The notes under the pieces are model-generated. The model did not search any database. It saw nothing but the letters and a program-made list of their open reading frames with translations, and was not told where the DNA came from. 64,000 bases of DNA from a virus: IMG/VR virus record IMGVR_UViG_3300025127_000012; one strand, given 5' to 3'. This document shows positions 63,424 through 64,000 of this stretch, piece after piece; position 1 is the stretch's first letter; the number at the start of each line of letters is the position of its first letter. Position numbers and translations under genes: made by a program.

Positions 63424-63577
63424 CGTCCCACTTCTTTGGTGAATGATATACTAAAACAAACGCATCACATTTAGGACACGATAGGTTAGTAACTATATTG
63501 TATTCTTCATTGCAGTAGTCCTCACCATCGTGATCACCACCCCAAATCAGTTCGGTATTACAGTGCCAACAGTTCAT
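63404..63577 (-). CDS. Small Zn-ribbon protein (57 aa)
   Basis: Hand-translated MNCWHCNTELIWGGDHD...TNLSCPKCDAFVLVY. Confidence 0.7.
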   Translation of the reverse strand: MNCWHCNTELIWGGDHDGEDYCNEEYNIVTNLSCPKCDAFVLVYHSPKKWDDDDQEA

Positions 63578-64000
63578 TGAAATTCACACCTCATCATTAG
63601 TTCTGTCATGAATGCAACCAGATTAATTTCCTGATCCATAACAAAGTTTGCTTTGTATTGATACTCACCCATGATGAGAACCGCTTCGGGTATACTCTTT
63701 GGTTTCATGTAAGTGTACATGGTATCGTATACCTTCCTCATAATTATCTGAGGTTCATTATCTAGGTTCTGAACAACCCACTTCTTCATGTTTGTAAACT
63801 CTCTCTTTTTGAGATAGGTTACCAGATCAGATACTGCCAGATCTGCACCACTACCAAGAATCCCAGTATCAATTTTGCCTTTACTAGAATACTTCTGTAA
63901 TTCATTTAATGTTCTCCTAAAATCTGGAAAGTATTTCTGTATGATTAGTGCTACAACTTTCTTTTCATACTCAATCTTGTTGATATCTAGTATTGTTTTG
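63574..64000 (-). CDS. gp44: Clamp loader large subunit gp44 (3' part)
   Basis: YFPDFRRTLNELQKYS..G.ID.GIL...F..MKKWV...EYQYK.NFV.DQEINL.A. Confidence 0.93.
   Translation of the reverse strand, partial: KTILDINKIEYEKKVVALIIQKYFPDFRRTLNELQKYSSKGKIDTGILGSGADLAVSDLVTYLKKREFTNMKKWVVQNLDNEPQIIMRKVYDTMYTYMKPKSIPEAVLIMGEYQYKANFVMDQEINLVAFMTELMMRCEFQ

Overview
A 64-kb segment of a T4-like marine cyanomyovirus, probably infecting Prochlorococcus (Prochlorococcus-type D1, three hli genes, no psbD in the window). Nearly all genes are on the minus strand. Left to right: a baseplate/tail module (gp5 partial, hub-like protein, two tape-measure-like paralogues, gp51, gp26, gp54-like, gp2, gp4, then gp48 and gp53 on the plus strand) with cpeT, a 2OG-Fe(II) oxygenase and cp12 inserted; gp32, gp33, exonuclease, phoH, thyX, nrdC; a 1472-aa structural protein; a manA-like RNA; psbA with a PhotoRC-II-like leader; hli x3, def, oxygenases, talC; a glutamine-riboswitch/DUF4278 operon; nrdB, nrdA, gp61; probable internal head proteins; mazG, gp41, uvsX, gp43, hsp20; a convergent cluster of secreted/membrane proteins; carbamoyltransferase, regA, gp62, dam and gp44 (partial). 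I saw no tRNA, intron, intein, homing endonuclease or CRISPR array. Strongest hunt results: (1) two interlocked glutamine-riboswitch-type aptamers, each with a complete 63-68 aa secreted-protein ORF inside its P2 loop and the start codon paired to the ORF's own 3' end; (2) a T-TTT-TTC slippery site with an internal Shine-Dalgarno 10 nt upstream that would fuse gp26 to gp51 by a -1 frameshift, just before the tape-measure-like genes (lambda G/GT-like); (3) apparent strong RGCY avoidance; (4) HLR1/RpaB-like boxes on the psbA and hli promoters; (5) a 32-aa membrane peptide inside the psbA transcript; (6) a ROSE-like thermometer before hsp20. All calls come from reading motifs by eye with no database search, so novelty is unverified.
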